From contig CAIKMX010000023.1 of the NCBI GenBank assembly GCA_903828655.1, forward strand, positions 1 to 50,617: a DNA stretch of 50,617 nt, read 5' to 3'. Shown here in pieces: positions 33,182 through 41,551 of the stretch (position 1 is its first letter; each line of letters begins with the position of its first letter). The translations under genes were made by a program, and so were the position numbers. This DNA is from an uncultured archaeon. GTDB lineage: Archaea > Nanobdellota > Nanobdellia > Pacearchaeales > GW2011-AR1. Below the pieces are notes generated by a model. The model did not search any database. It saw only the letters and a list, made by a program, of their open reading frames with translations, and was not told the DNA's origin.

Positions 33182-33831
33182 TAATACCTCCCTAGTTTTT
33201 CTATTTGTTTAGGATTTATGAATCCAATTTCTTTAACAAATTTTTTGAGATTTTCTTTTCCATTCATTTGGAGTCTATACTGGTCTTGACGCATAAGAGG
33301 ATTCCCAAGTCCATCAAACTTGCGACGTTTAGATTTATAGAATTTACAATTGATTCCTCTAGAATTAAGAAAAATGCCTATTTCATTAATCAACCTTCTT
33401 GCGATACCATTAGCCTCAACCCGGGGATAAAGAGTTCCATTATTATCCGTTAAAACCAAAGAACCATCCGTAGCAAAAAACCCACTAATTACATACTTCA
33501 CAAGATTTTTTTCATAAAAAACTTTAGGGATAAATAACTTGTCTCCTTTCTTTCCAATAGGAAATCCAAAACTAGAAACAAAATCAAATAAAGAGTTTTT
33601 TATAAAGTGTAGATTAATAGCCCCCATCGAGGGTCTAAATCTGATTGGAATATCTTTGTCTATCAGTTTTTTTACACAAGGAATAAGCACCTCTTCAAAA
33701 AAAGGGATATCATCAGCCATACTACCTGCAACAAATACGGTCTTCCTCCTCTTACAGCCCAAACTCAAACAGCCATCTCCCAGCATTACCCCATAAAAAA
33801 ACGCAAAGTTTTTAGTTAATTTAAGAGACAT
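33163..33831 (-). CDS. Free-standing double-motif LAGLIDADG homing endonuclease
   Basis: Two LAGLIDADG motifs (FFYGVMLGDGCL and VISGFFATDGSL). 222 aa. The last 6 codons overlap the 3' end of tRNA-Met on the opposite strand. Confidence 0.8.
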   Translation of the reverse strand: MSLKLTKNFAFFYGVMLGDGCLSLGCKRRKTVFVAGSMADDIPFFEEVLIPCVKKLIDKDIPIRFRPSMGAINLHFIKNSLFDFVSSFGFPIGKKGDKLFIPKVFYEKNLVKYVISGFFATDGSLVLTDNNGTLYPRVEANGIARRLINEIGIFLNSRGINCKFYKSKRRKFDGLGNPLMRQDQYRLQMNGKENLKKFVKEIGFINPKQIEKLGRYYGCTEN

Positions 33832-33904
33832 ACTAAATAAAATACCCTTAAGTATAAATACTTTGCGCTCATAAACATCGAAGACAAAAAGTTAAAAATC
33901 ATAA

Positions 33905-34053
33905 GGCAGAGGTCGGGAGCGAGCTTTTAGGTCTGGACAAAAGTTCAGTGCAAGATTCTCACAGACCTAAATGCGAGTCGGCACCGAGCAATTCGCTTTG
34001 AGCGACTAGAGAATTAAGATAATCGCGAAATGCAAATTGCGAGACCCAGAGCC
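33905..34053 (+). other. G+C-enriched, helix-rich about 150-nt segment. Candidate structured RNA or an expanded module C derivative.
   Basis: Closing pairs GGC..GGTC (33905..33914) with GACC..GCC (34043..34053). There is a perfect 10-bp stem TTTAGGTCTG (33926..33935) / CAGACCTAAA (33962..33971). AGCGAG and CGAG motifs flank the stem. Confidence 0.3.
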
Positions 34054-34103
34054 ATTTAGCATACCGAAGATATAATTATAAACCTCAAAACTCAATAATC
34101 TGT

Positions 34104-34475
34104 ATGTTAAAAGACGAGGCGACAAGCTCAAATAGATTTGCCAAGATAATTCTTTTATTAACAATTATACTCTATATTGTAACTTTTGGATACAGCCTTT
34201 ATTATACCGAAGATTTTTCAGGGATAATAGTAGGATTTACCGCCCTTTCTATATTCAAACCTTTATTTGCAGTAATCGTTCTGGGAATAAATGTAACACT
34301 CCTTACCATGTCCATAGTCTATATAGTAAAACTCAAAAGACAAAATCAAAAAACCAAGATAACCAAAATATCTCTTATACTGAATATTATCCTTTTCTTG
34401 TTTGTGACTATTTCGCTAGCCCTAGGAATCTACATAATAAAACATTTCAAACAGATTTCTCCATTTTTCTCATAA
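34104..34475 (+). CDS. Small integral membrane protein (hypothetical)
   Basis: 123 aa with 3-4 hydrophobic segments. Confidence 0.5.
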   Translation: MLKDEATSSNRFAKIILLLTIILYIVTFGYSLYYTEDFSGIIVGFTALSIFKPLFAVIVLGINVTLLTMSIVYIVKLKRQNQKTKITKISLILNIILFLFVTISLALGIYIIKHFKQISPFFS

Positions 34476-34495
34476 CATCAATAATCCAAAAATAG

Positions 34496-34843
34496 CTAAA
34501 CTCTCGTATTAAACCCGTCTCCCTCTTTTCTTGGAAGAACATGCAAGTGAGCATGCATCACAACTTGCCCTGCAACAGGATTGTTATTCATCATTAAATT
34601 AAAGCCTTCCGAGGAAGTTTCTTCCATTAACTTCAAAGAAACATTTTTTGCCGTCTCAAGCAATTCCTTATTCAAATAAGCAGGAATGTCCAAAAGATTC
34701 TTGTAATGCTCTTTAGGAATAATAAGTGAATGCCCTTCGGTTTTAGGATTAACATCCCTTATAGCAATAAAATTTTCAGTTTCAAGAATCTTTTCAGCAG
34801 GTATCTCTCCCTTAACGATTTTGCAAAAAATACAGTTTTCCAT
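34496..34843 (-). CDS. HIT-family (histidine triad) nucleotide hydrolase
   Basis: CIFCKI at the N-terminus and the HAHLHVLPR triad. 115 aa. Confidence 0.88.
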   Translation of the reverse strand: MENCIFCKIVKGEIPAEKILETENFIAIRDVNPKTEGHSLIIPKEHYKNLLDIPAYLNKELLETAKNVSLKLMEETSSEGFNLMMNNNPVAGQVVMHAHLHVLPRKEGDGFNTRV

Positions 34844-34895
34844 TTTAATTTTTATTAAAATGTATGGATGTCTTTACGACATACTTCCATTTTAT

Positions 34896-35639
34896 TTATC
34901 TCAAAACTAAAACAGGTTTATAATCATTTCTCCAAGGTTTTTCTGGCGGAATTGGAGGAAGAGGAATCACCGGTTGAGCGGGCGGAATCTGCTTTGGAGG
35001 CAAGGGCAAAAGATCTCTAGGCCTAGTTTGTGGTATCAGAAAATCCAACTTCTTTTCAACATAAGGCTCTCCATTTTTATTGTTAACATAGTGCATCATC
35101 ATCCTATAATTCAGCCAAGTTTTAGGATCTATGGGCATTCTTCGAGAATCTACATAAGACACAACAGAATTTTTAGTATCAAAATTAACCCGCAAGGGAA
35201 AATTTAGAGGCACTCCCTTTATCTCATTTATCTCATTTCCAGAACGATCAAAAATTTTAGTTTTAAACGGATACAATTCCCCCTTATCTATAACAGAATA
35301 AGTTTCAAACCCCCATAGTTGAGATCTATCCATCCCCCGCACATCAACTCTTACTCGGGCCTGTTTAGCCAAAAAGTCAATTTTGGCATGGACTCCAAAA
35401 GAAGCCAAAACTCGCGTCTTTTCAAGATTTGTTAAATCATGATCCGCGTCATACCATCCATTAAGAGGAGTAGTATAGGGCCCTCTATAAGAAAACCTCT
35501 CAATCTCAGAATCAAATCTTCCCCCACATCCCCCAACTCCAGAACTCAAACCAACAGCACCAGCACAAAGCGCCGCAGACAATGCCAATCCTCTTGCAGT
35601 TTTTTTAACTAACTCAACCAATCCCATAAAAAAGCACAC
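34896..35639 (-). CDS. Putative lipoprotein/secreted protein with a Pro-rich C-terminus
   Basis: N-terminus MGLVELVKKTARGLALSAALCAGAVGLSSGVGGC (signal plus Cys) and C-terminal LPLPPKQIPPAQPVIPLPPIPPEKP. The start could be GTG 35639 or ATG 35627. Confidence 0.55.
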   Translation of the reverse strand: MCFFMGLVELVKKTARGLALSAALCAGAVGLSSGVGGCGGRFDSEIERFSYRGPYTTPLNGWYDADHDLTNLEKTRVLASFGVHAKIDFLAKQARVRVDVRGMDRSQLWGFETYSVIDKGELYPFKTKIFDRSGNEINEIKGVPLNFPLRVNFDTKNSVVSYVDSRRMPIDPKTWLNYRMMMHYVNNKNGEPYVEKKLDFLIPQTRPRDLLPLPPKQIPPAQPVIPLPPIPPEKPWRNDYKPVLVLR

Positions 35640-35666
35640 ATCAAGAATTATTTAAACATTATGATA

Positions 35667-35963
35667 CTAATCTTCCTTTATAAGATTCCCTTTTGAATCA
35701 TAATTTTCAACCCTCGTCTTAACCTCTCCAGTAATCCCATTATACTCCCCTATCTCTTTTCTAATAACCCGATTACTTTTCTCATTTTCATAAGTTTCCA
35801 AAATAGCACCACCCATCCAAACAGTCGCTCTAGTGTCACCTTGCCTCACAGAAATACATCCAGATTGAGTTGCAGCAACGGGGAGATAAAAAGCGCCAGC
35901 CAAAGCTAAACCTCTTCCAAAATTTTTAAGTTTATCAACCAAACTCATAAAACAAAGAAACAT
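35667..35963 (-). CDS. Putative small lipoprotein, N-terminally paralogous to 34896..35639
   Basis: MSLVDKLKNFGRGLALAGAFYLPVAATQSGC shares the LV[ED]..K...RGLAL signature with the neighbouring gene. Confidence 0.5.
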   Translation of the reverse strand: MFLCFMSLVDKLKNFGRGLALAGAFYLPVAATQSGCISVRQGDTRATVWMGGAILETYENEKSNRVIRKEIGEYNGITGEVKTRVENYDSKGNLIKED

Positions 35964-36042
35964 TAAGCATATTTAAAGATTATTGTACCCAAGAATACAA
36001 ATCAAAACCCTCATTAAAAATTAAAAAAATACTCCTACCAGT

Positions 36043-36216
36043 GCGATTCCTCCACAAGAGATACCAAACCATTATCGCTCGCCCTTCGGGCTCGCTTCTC
36101 AGTATCGTCTCACTCCCTTAACATCTTTGTCCATTCAGAATTTAAAGCATTGGCAACACTAACTTAGTTTCTTTCTTGAAACACCAATTCTTTCTTTTCT
36201 AAAGAAAGAAGAGTGA
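36043..36216 (+). repeat. Composite repeat E - C(minimal, reverse orientation, 36075..36096) - D - A, ending at the stop codon of 36217..37083
   Basis: GCGATTCCTCCACAAGAGATACCAAACCA; TCGCTCGCCCTTCGGGCTCGCT; ..CCTTAACATCTTTGTCCATTCAGAATTTAAAGCATTGGCAAC; CTTAGTTTCTTTCTTGAAACACCAATTCTTTCTTTTCTAAAGAAAGAAGAGTGA. Confidence 0.85.
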
Positions 36217-37083
36217 TCACATCTGCTCTTCATACATATTCTGTCTCATTATTTCTCTATTAACCTCTTCTTTCTTGAACAAATCTCTGAATGGCAGCAA
36301 TCTATCAAAAAATCCTCTTGGCTTTTCTGGCGTTCCGCATAAAGCAGAAGCAAAATTTCTTATTTCATGAGAAATAACATTACCTTCATCATGAATCGTC
36401 ATAGGCTCTTTATGATAAGTTGCCGCAGCAATTTTATCATGATCTTTTATTCTTGCAACAACAGGAATTCCAGAAGCTTTTTCTATTTCATCCAAATCCA
36501 TCTCGTGTTTAGGACTTCTTATTCTATTTACAATAATTCCCGCAACAGGCGTTTGCTGTTGCCTCGCAATCTTTGCAGCCTTCAAGGAAGTAATAAGTGT
36601 CGGTTCATCAGGAGTCGTAACAACAAATACCTTATCAGCAGCCGCAATTATTGGTTTCATCTCCTCATAATTTGGTGAAGAATCAAGTATTATAAAATCA
36701 TACCTATACCTCATTTTATTCAAAATCTTCTCGAGTCTATAAACGTCAATATCGTTCTTATACTCTTGAGCAGCAGGAACTACATCAAATCCATGAGACT
36801 CATAAATAGCATTGTGCAATCCAACACCAAAAAGTGCGTCATGTAATGTAACATCGTACCTATCTTTATCCGTTAAATCAAGATAAAGCCCAATAGTCGG
36901 AGCAGAAAAGTTTCCATCAACCAATAAAACTCGCTTCCCAAAATGATTAGCAAGTGAAGACGCAGTTTCAATTGCAAGTGTCGTTTTACCGACGCCCCCC
37001 TTTATAGAAACAAACGCAAGGATAGGAGCTTTTTTTACACTTTTTACACTCTCTTTTTCATCAAATTCCTGAATATAATTCAT
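36217..37083 (-). CDS. ParA/MinD-family P-loop ATPase
   Basis: Deviant Walker A SIKGGVGKTT and the DG..S..T region. 288 aa. Confidence 0.85.
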   Translation of the reverse strand: MNYIQEFDEKESVKSVKKAPILAFVSIKGGVGKTTLAIETASSLANHFGKRVLLVDGNFSAPTIGLYLDLTDKDRYDVTLHDALFGVGLHNAIYESHGFDVVPAAQEYKNDIDVYRLEKILNKMRYRYDFIILDSSPNYEEMKPIIAAADKVFVVTTPDEPTLITSLKAAKIARQQQTPVAGIIVNRIRSPKHEMDLDEIEKASGIPVVARIKDHDKIAAATYHKEPMTIHDEGNVISHEIRNFASALCGTPEKPRGFFDRLLPFRDLFKKEEVNREIMRQNMYEEQM

Positions 37084-37153
37084 TCTTTCTCATCACCTCA
37101 AGATAACTAACAAATCTGAATATATAAAGATTACTTTAAGAAAAAAACTATTC

Positions 37154-38947
37154 TTACTCACAAACTTCTTCGCCTTTCACTCTCGTCTCAACAACTTTTC
37201 CAGCCTTCTCAAACTTCAACTCTCCAGATATCATCTTCCTAAAAACATCTCTCAACTCAGAGATTTTAACACGAATCTGTTTCGTGCTATCCCGATCTCT
37301 AATTGTTACATCCTTTCCAGCAAATGAATCAGAATCAATTGTAACACAATATGGTGTCCCCAACTCATCATTTCTTGCATATCTTCTTCCAACGCTTCCA
37401 CTCTCGTCGTACAAAACACTCCAATCTTCCCGAAGCATTTCATAAACTTCTCTAGACATTTTAACAAGAACTTTATCATTCTTAACTAATGGAAAAACTG
37501 CCGCTTTTATTGGTGCAAGTCTTGGATTCAATTTTAAAATAATATTCTGCCTCTTCTCATCAAAATGATAAGCATCAAACATAAAAACCAAAAATGCTCT
37601 TTCAACTCCAAGTGAAGGCTCAGCAACCACCATCGGCAAAATCTTTCTTGGCTTCTGCCCAGGTTCTCCAGATTCTTCAACAACCTTCAAATCCTTCCCC
37701 GAAAATTTCTCATGTTGAGATAAATCATACGTGCCACGATCTGCAACTCCTTGTAACTCCTGCCATCCAAATGGAAACTTATACTGAACATCCCAAGTAT
37801 CTGTCGCATAATGGCTTCTCTCTTCAGGAAGATGTTGTCTTACCCTTAGTTTTTCAGGATTAGCACCTAGACTCAAAAAGAACTTTGTTTCATTAGCCAA
37901 CCAATATCCATGCCATCCAAGTTTTATTATTCCTTTTTTTAATGCATCACGAACTTTCATTCTCTCCATTTCCTTTTCATGTTTCTGCATATCTGCAGAG
38001 TAAACATTCAATTCAAAGTCCTCAACCTCATCAAGATAAGGACACTCATCTTTTTTATCCGGATCAATAAAATATTCAATCTCCATCTGTTCAAACTCTC
38101 TACTTCTAAATAAAAAGTTTCTTGGAGCAATTTCATTTCTAAATGATTTTCCCATTTGGGCAATTCCAAAAGGCAATTTTAATCTTGCATTCTCAACAAC
38201 CTGCTTAAAATCAGCGAATATTAACTGTGCAGTTTCAGGCCTAAGATAAGCTTCCGTAGAATCACTCTTCACAGGCCCAACTTGAGTTGTAAACATCGGA
38301 TTAAACTCTCCTTTATCTTCCCACTCTCCACCGCACTTTTCACATCTCGCATCACCTTTTTTTAATTCAAACTTATCCACTTTAGATTTATTCTTGCATT
38401 TTTTACAAACAACAGCAACATCAACAAAAGAATCCACATGTCCCGAAGCTTTCCAAACTTTTGGATTAGTTATAATAGAACCATCAATACCAACAATATC
38501 TTCTCTAGATTGTATGTGATATTTCCACCAAGCATCTTTCAAGTTCTTCTTCATCTCGCTACCATAAGGCCCAAAATCCCAAAAGCCAGCCAATCCTCCA
38601 TACAATTCACCCGAAGCATAAACAAATCCCTTTCTCTTACAAAAGTTCGCCATCTCATCTATAGAAATTTCACTTAAATTTTTCTTTTCATTTCCTTTTT
38701 CCTTTTTATCACTCATATTTATCTCTGATTTTACCGGTTTATTAACTTTATCACTATTTTTAACACCTGTAGTTTTATTCAAAATCTCTTTCATTTTTCT
38801 CTCCGCCTCAGATTTAGTTTTGCCAAGATAAGCAATAGTCTTCGCAACAACTCTTCCCTTTTTATCTCCTTTAGATTTCTCTCTCTTCGATTCCCTAAGA
38901 TAATAATATTCTTTCCCAGAAATTTTCTTCTTAACAATAAATGCCAT
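37154..38947 (-). CDS. glyS: Glycyl-tRNA synthetase (archaeal/eukaryotic alpha2 type) with an about 95-aa N-terminal extension
   Basis: ELYGGLAGFWDFGPYG, FRNEIAPR and class II motifs. An inserted Cys4 ribbon is present (CKKCKN...CEKCGG). The N-terminal residues 1-95 are Lys-rich and contain GKEYYYLRES...IAYLGK. Confidence 0.88.
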   Translation of the reverse strand: MAFIVKKKISGKEYYYLRESKREKSKGDKKGRVVAKTIAYLGKTKSEAERKMKEILNKTTGVKNSDKVNKPVKSEINMSDKKEKGNEKKNLSEISIDEMANFCKRKGFVYASGELYGGLAGFWDFGPYGSEMKKNLKDAWWKYHIQSREDIVGIDGSIITNPKVWKASGHVDSFVDVAVVCKKCKNKSKVDKFELKKGDARCEKCGGEWEDKGEFNPMFTTQVGPVKSDSTEAYLRPETAQLIFADFKQVVENARLKLPFGIAQMGKSFRNEIAPRNFLFRSREFEQMEIEYFIDPDKKDECPYLDEVEDFELNVYSADMQKHEKEMERMKVRDALKKGIIKLGWHGYWLANETKFFLSLGANPEKLRVRQHLPEERSHYATDTWDVQYKFPFGWQELQGVADRGTYDLSQHEKFSGKDLKVVEESGEPGQKPRKILPMVVAEPSLGVERAFLVFMFDAYHFDEKRQNIILKLNPRLAPIKAAVFPLVKNDKVLVKMSREVYEMLREDWSVLYDESGSVGRRYARNDELGTPYCVTIDSDSFAGKDVTIRDRDSTKQIRVKISELRDVFRKMISGELKFEKAGKVVETRVKGEEVCE

Positions 38948-39036
38948 TCCTCATTAATACTTCCTTATATCTTACCCACTACAAAATACTATTTAAATCT
39001 TTCTTTAGGCACTACGGAAGAACTTCAAGAAATAAA

Positions 39037-39107
39037 AGCAGACACCAGGAATTGCACCTGGGATCAGAGGGTTGCAGCCTCTTGCCTTACTACTTGGCTA
39101 TGCCTGC
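39037..39107 (-). tRNA. tRNA-Cys (anticodon GCA), discriminator U, with atypical T-loop TGCAATT
   Basis: Minus-strand read: GCAGGCA-TA-GCC..GGC-A-AGAGG-CTGCAAC-CCTCT-GATC-CCAGG-TGCAATT-CCTGG-TGTCTGC-T. Confidence 0.75.
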
Positions 39108-39170
39108 GACGTGTCAATGCAATTGACTTGCATACGACCTAAGTTTTGGTGGTTGTTAGACTTTTTAAGA

Positions 39171-39467
39171 TTATTTGTTCTGTACTTTCAACCATATCAC
39201 CTTATATTTGTTACCGCTATACTTCTTTCCAAGTTTTATGCTTTCCTTCATTTGCTTCGTTAATAATCTATAAAATGGATGTTCCGAAAGGTTTTCATAA
39301 GTTTTTATCTTCACAACCTTAAGATTTAGTCTCTTAAACTTATACGCTCGACCTAATTTAAACCTAACAAATTCTTTTGCCGTCCTGGTTGTTGTAATCA
39401 TCCCGTCCTTTTCCAATATCCTTAGAACTTTTTTCTCTTCATTTTTTGGAAATTTTATAGAATCCAT
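39171..39467 (-). CDS. Hypothetical 98-aa basic protein sandwiched between tRNA-Arg and tRNA-Cys
   Basis: ORF only. No motif recognised. Confidence 0.4.
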   Translation of the reverse strand: MDSIKFPKNEEKKVLRILEKDGMITTTRTAKEFVRFKLGRAYKFKRLNLKVVKIKTYENLSEHPFYRLLTKQMKESIKLGKKYSGNKYKVIWLKVQNK

Positions 39468-39479
39468 TTTAGCAACACA

Positions 39480-39598
39480 CGCCCATGACAGGATTTGAAC
39501 CTGCGACCCCTGACTTTCTTTGTTCTACGAACGAAGAACGAGCGAACTCGCTTCGCACTTAGAAGGCCAGTGCTCTATCCAGGCTGAGCTACACGGGC
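39480..39598 (-). tRNA. tRNA-Arg (anticodon UCU) with a 44-nt intron at the canonical 37/38 position
   Basis: Minus-strand read: GCCCGTG-TA-GCTC-AGCCTGGATA-GAGC-A-CTGGC-CTTCTAA-[GTGCGAAGCGAGTTCGCTCGTTCTTCGTTCGTAGAACAAAGAAA]-GTCAG-GGGTC-GCAGG-TTCAAAT-CCTGT-CATGGGC-G. Confidence 0.85.
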
Positions 39599-39677
39599 AT
39601 GAATATAATTGGTTTTGATGGGTTTTAAAGTTTTGTTATTTCGATAGAAATAAAAAGCAGAACAATAAGAAACAAAC

Positions 39678-39989
39678 ATGAATGAACAACAATTCGATGA
39701 AGCATATGCACAAAGAAGATTAAGAGACGTTTCAAGAGCTCTTAGAATGTTTCGAGATCTTGGATTAGAATATCAAAATCCAGAAAGAGTTGATTGTCTA
39801 AGCATAGATATCGGAGAATCTGTTCTCATACATAAAATGGCAAAAACAACAGGCATAGCAGAGGATTTAGACAATCATGCAAAAAGTGTTCAGACATTTG
39901 AAGAATTAAGACAAAGAGAGCCAGAAGCATACCAAAGTGTAAGAACAGATATAATGAAATTTCATAATGATTATCATTTCAGAGGATAG
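39678..39989 (+). CDS. Hypothetical protein
   Basis: 103-aa ORF with no motif recognised. Confidence 0.4.
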   Translation: MNEQQFDEAYAQRRLRDVSRALRMFRDLGLEYQNPERVDCLSIDIGESVLIHKMAKTTGIAEDLDNHAKSVQTFEELRQREPEAYQSVRTDIMKFHNDYHFRG

Positions 39990-40037
39990 TCATCACTCAA
40001 AACAAATAAAAACCCCCTTCTCTTTCTATTAACAATC

Positions 40038-40955
40038 ATGGAAAAAATTAAGCTGACTTTTTTAGGAACTGGAAGCGCGATTCCAACATCAAGAAGGAAT
40101 CACACAGCCATGCTTCTATCATACAAGGATGAAAACATTTTATTTGATTGCGGTGAAGGAACTCAAAGACAGTTCAGACATGCAAGACTAAATCCCTGCA
40201 AAGTTACAAAAATCTTTATCACACACTGGCACGCAGATCACGTCCTAGGAATTCCTGGTCTATTGCAAACACTAATGCTAAATGGCTACAATAAAACCCT
40301 TAAAATTTATGGTCCAGAAGGAACAAAAAGAATGATGCAGTTATACATAGGATTATTTGCACATAAAGGAACTAATTTTCCAATTGAAGTTCACGAAGTC
40401 TTATCAGGCAAACAACCCGTAATTGAAGAAAAAGAATTCAAAATAGAAGCACAACAAATGTCTCATGACACCCCAACACTGGCATATTCTTTCATTATAA
40501 AAGAAAAAAACAGAATAGACAAAGACAAACTCAAAAAGTTAAAGATAGAAAACTCCCCTCTAATTGGAGAACTTGCGAAGGGAAAAACAGTTACAATTGC
40601 AGGAAAAAAGATAGACGGTAAAAAACTGATCTATAGAGAAGAACAAAGAAAGTTAACTTTCGTTTTAGACACAAGAGAAAATGCAAATGCAATAAGCTTA
40701 GCAAAAGATTCAGACTTGTTAGTCTGCGAATCAAGTTATTCTGCAGAGGAAACCGAACTTGCAAAAGAACATGCACATCTTACATCTGCACAAGCAGCAG
40801 ATATTGCAAAGAAATCAAAATCAAAAAAGTTAATTTTGACTCATCTAAGTCAAAGATACGAAACAAAAGCCCAATCAAAGCAAATTCTGGAAGAAGCAAA
40901 AAAAGTCTTCAAGAACACCGAACTAGCCGAAGATCTAATGAGTCTAGAGATTTAA
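40038..40955 (+). CDS. rnz: Ribonuclease Z (tRNA 3' endonuclease, metallo-beta-lactamase fold)
   Basis: LGTGSAIPT and ITHWHADHVLGIPGLL (HxHxDH), with C-terminal LTHLSQRY. 305 aa. Confidence 0.88.
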   Translation: MEKIKLTFLGTGSAIPTSRRNHTAMLLSYKDENILFDCGEGTQRQFRHARLNPCKVTKIFITHWHADHVLGIPGLLQTLMLNGYNKTLKIYGPEGTKRMMQLYIGLFAHKGTNFPIEVHEVLSGKQPVIEEKEFKIEAQQMSHDTPTLAYSFIIKEKNRIDKDKLKKLKIENSPLIGELAKGKTVTIAGKKIDGKKLIYREEQRKLTFVLDTRENANAISLAKDSDLLVCESSYSAEETELAKEHAHLTSAQAADIAKKSKSKKLILTHLSQRYETKAQSKQILEEAKKVFKNTELAEDLMSLEI

Positions 40956-41377
40956 GCTTGTGAAGGATTTCTATCAAAAGCTAATTCAATTAACTTTTTT
41001 GCGGGAAATAAAACATTAATCCCTGCTACCTTCTTAGGCCTCAAATACTTTCTTTGTGTCAAAGACCCATAATCCCACGTCTTTCCAAAAAGACAACGAG
41101 TGCTAAAATAGCTAGATTTTCCAATGTTAAGCAAATCTTCCTGATCAAAACCCACAACATTTCTAACAAGATGGCACACTCTAATTATAGAATCTGCAGC
41201 AGTTTCTAACTCGGTCTCACCCAAACCCCCAATTCTCCTTGGAGGAGCACCTAGACTGTAGGCCGCACTCAATGCCTGAGAAGCATCATCAACATAAAGA
41301 TGCGAAAAGAAAGGAACAATTATCACATGATTTCCATCTTCATCCTGCCACTCCCCTTTAGCTCTTACATCTTCCAT
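40952..41377 (-). CDS. Hypothetical protein
   Basis: 141-aa ORF. Its stop overlaps the rnz stop region (convergent). No motif recognised. Confidence 0.4.
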   Translation of the reverse strand: MEDVRAKGEWQDEDGNHVIIVPFFSHLYVDDASQALSAAYSLGAPPRRIGGLGETELETAADSIIRVCHLVRNVVGFDQEDLLNIGKSSYFSTRCLFGKTWDYGSLTQRKYLRPKKVAGINVLFPAKKLIELAFDRNPSQA

Positions 41378-41551
41378 CTCAATCCAATTGCTATACAGTT
41401 TTTAAACACATAACAAACTCAAAAGTATATGTTTCACTTAATCCGGAGAGTTACCAAAAGTTTAGTATCTACATTCCCTCTTGGAAAAGTTCAACATTAT
41501 TTTTAAGTAAAATATTTTTTTGGTTTAAAAAATTAAAAGTTACCACAATGT

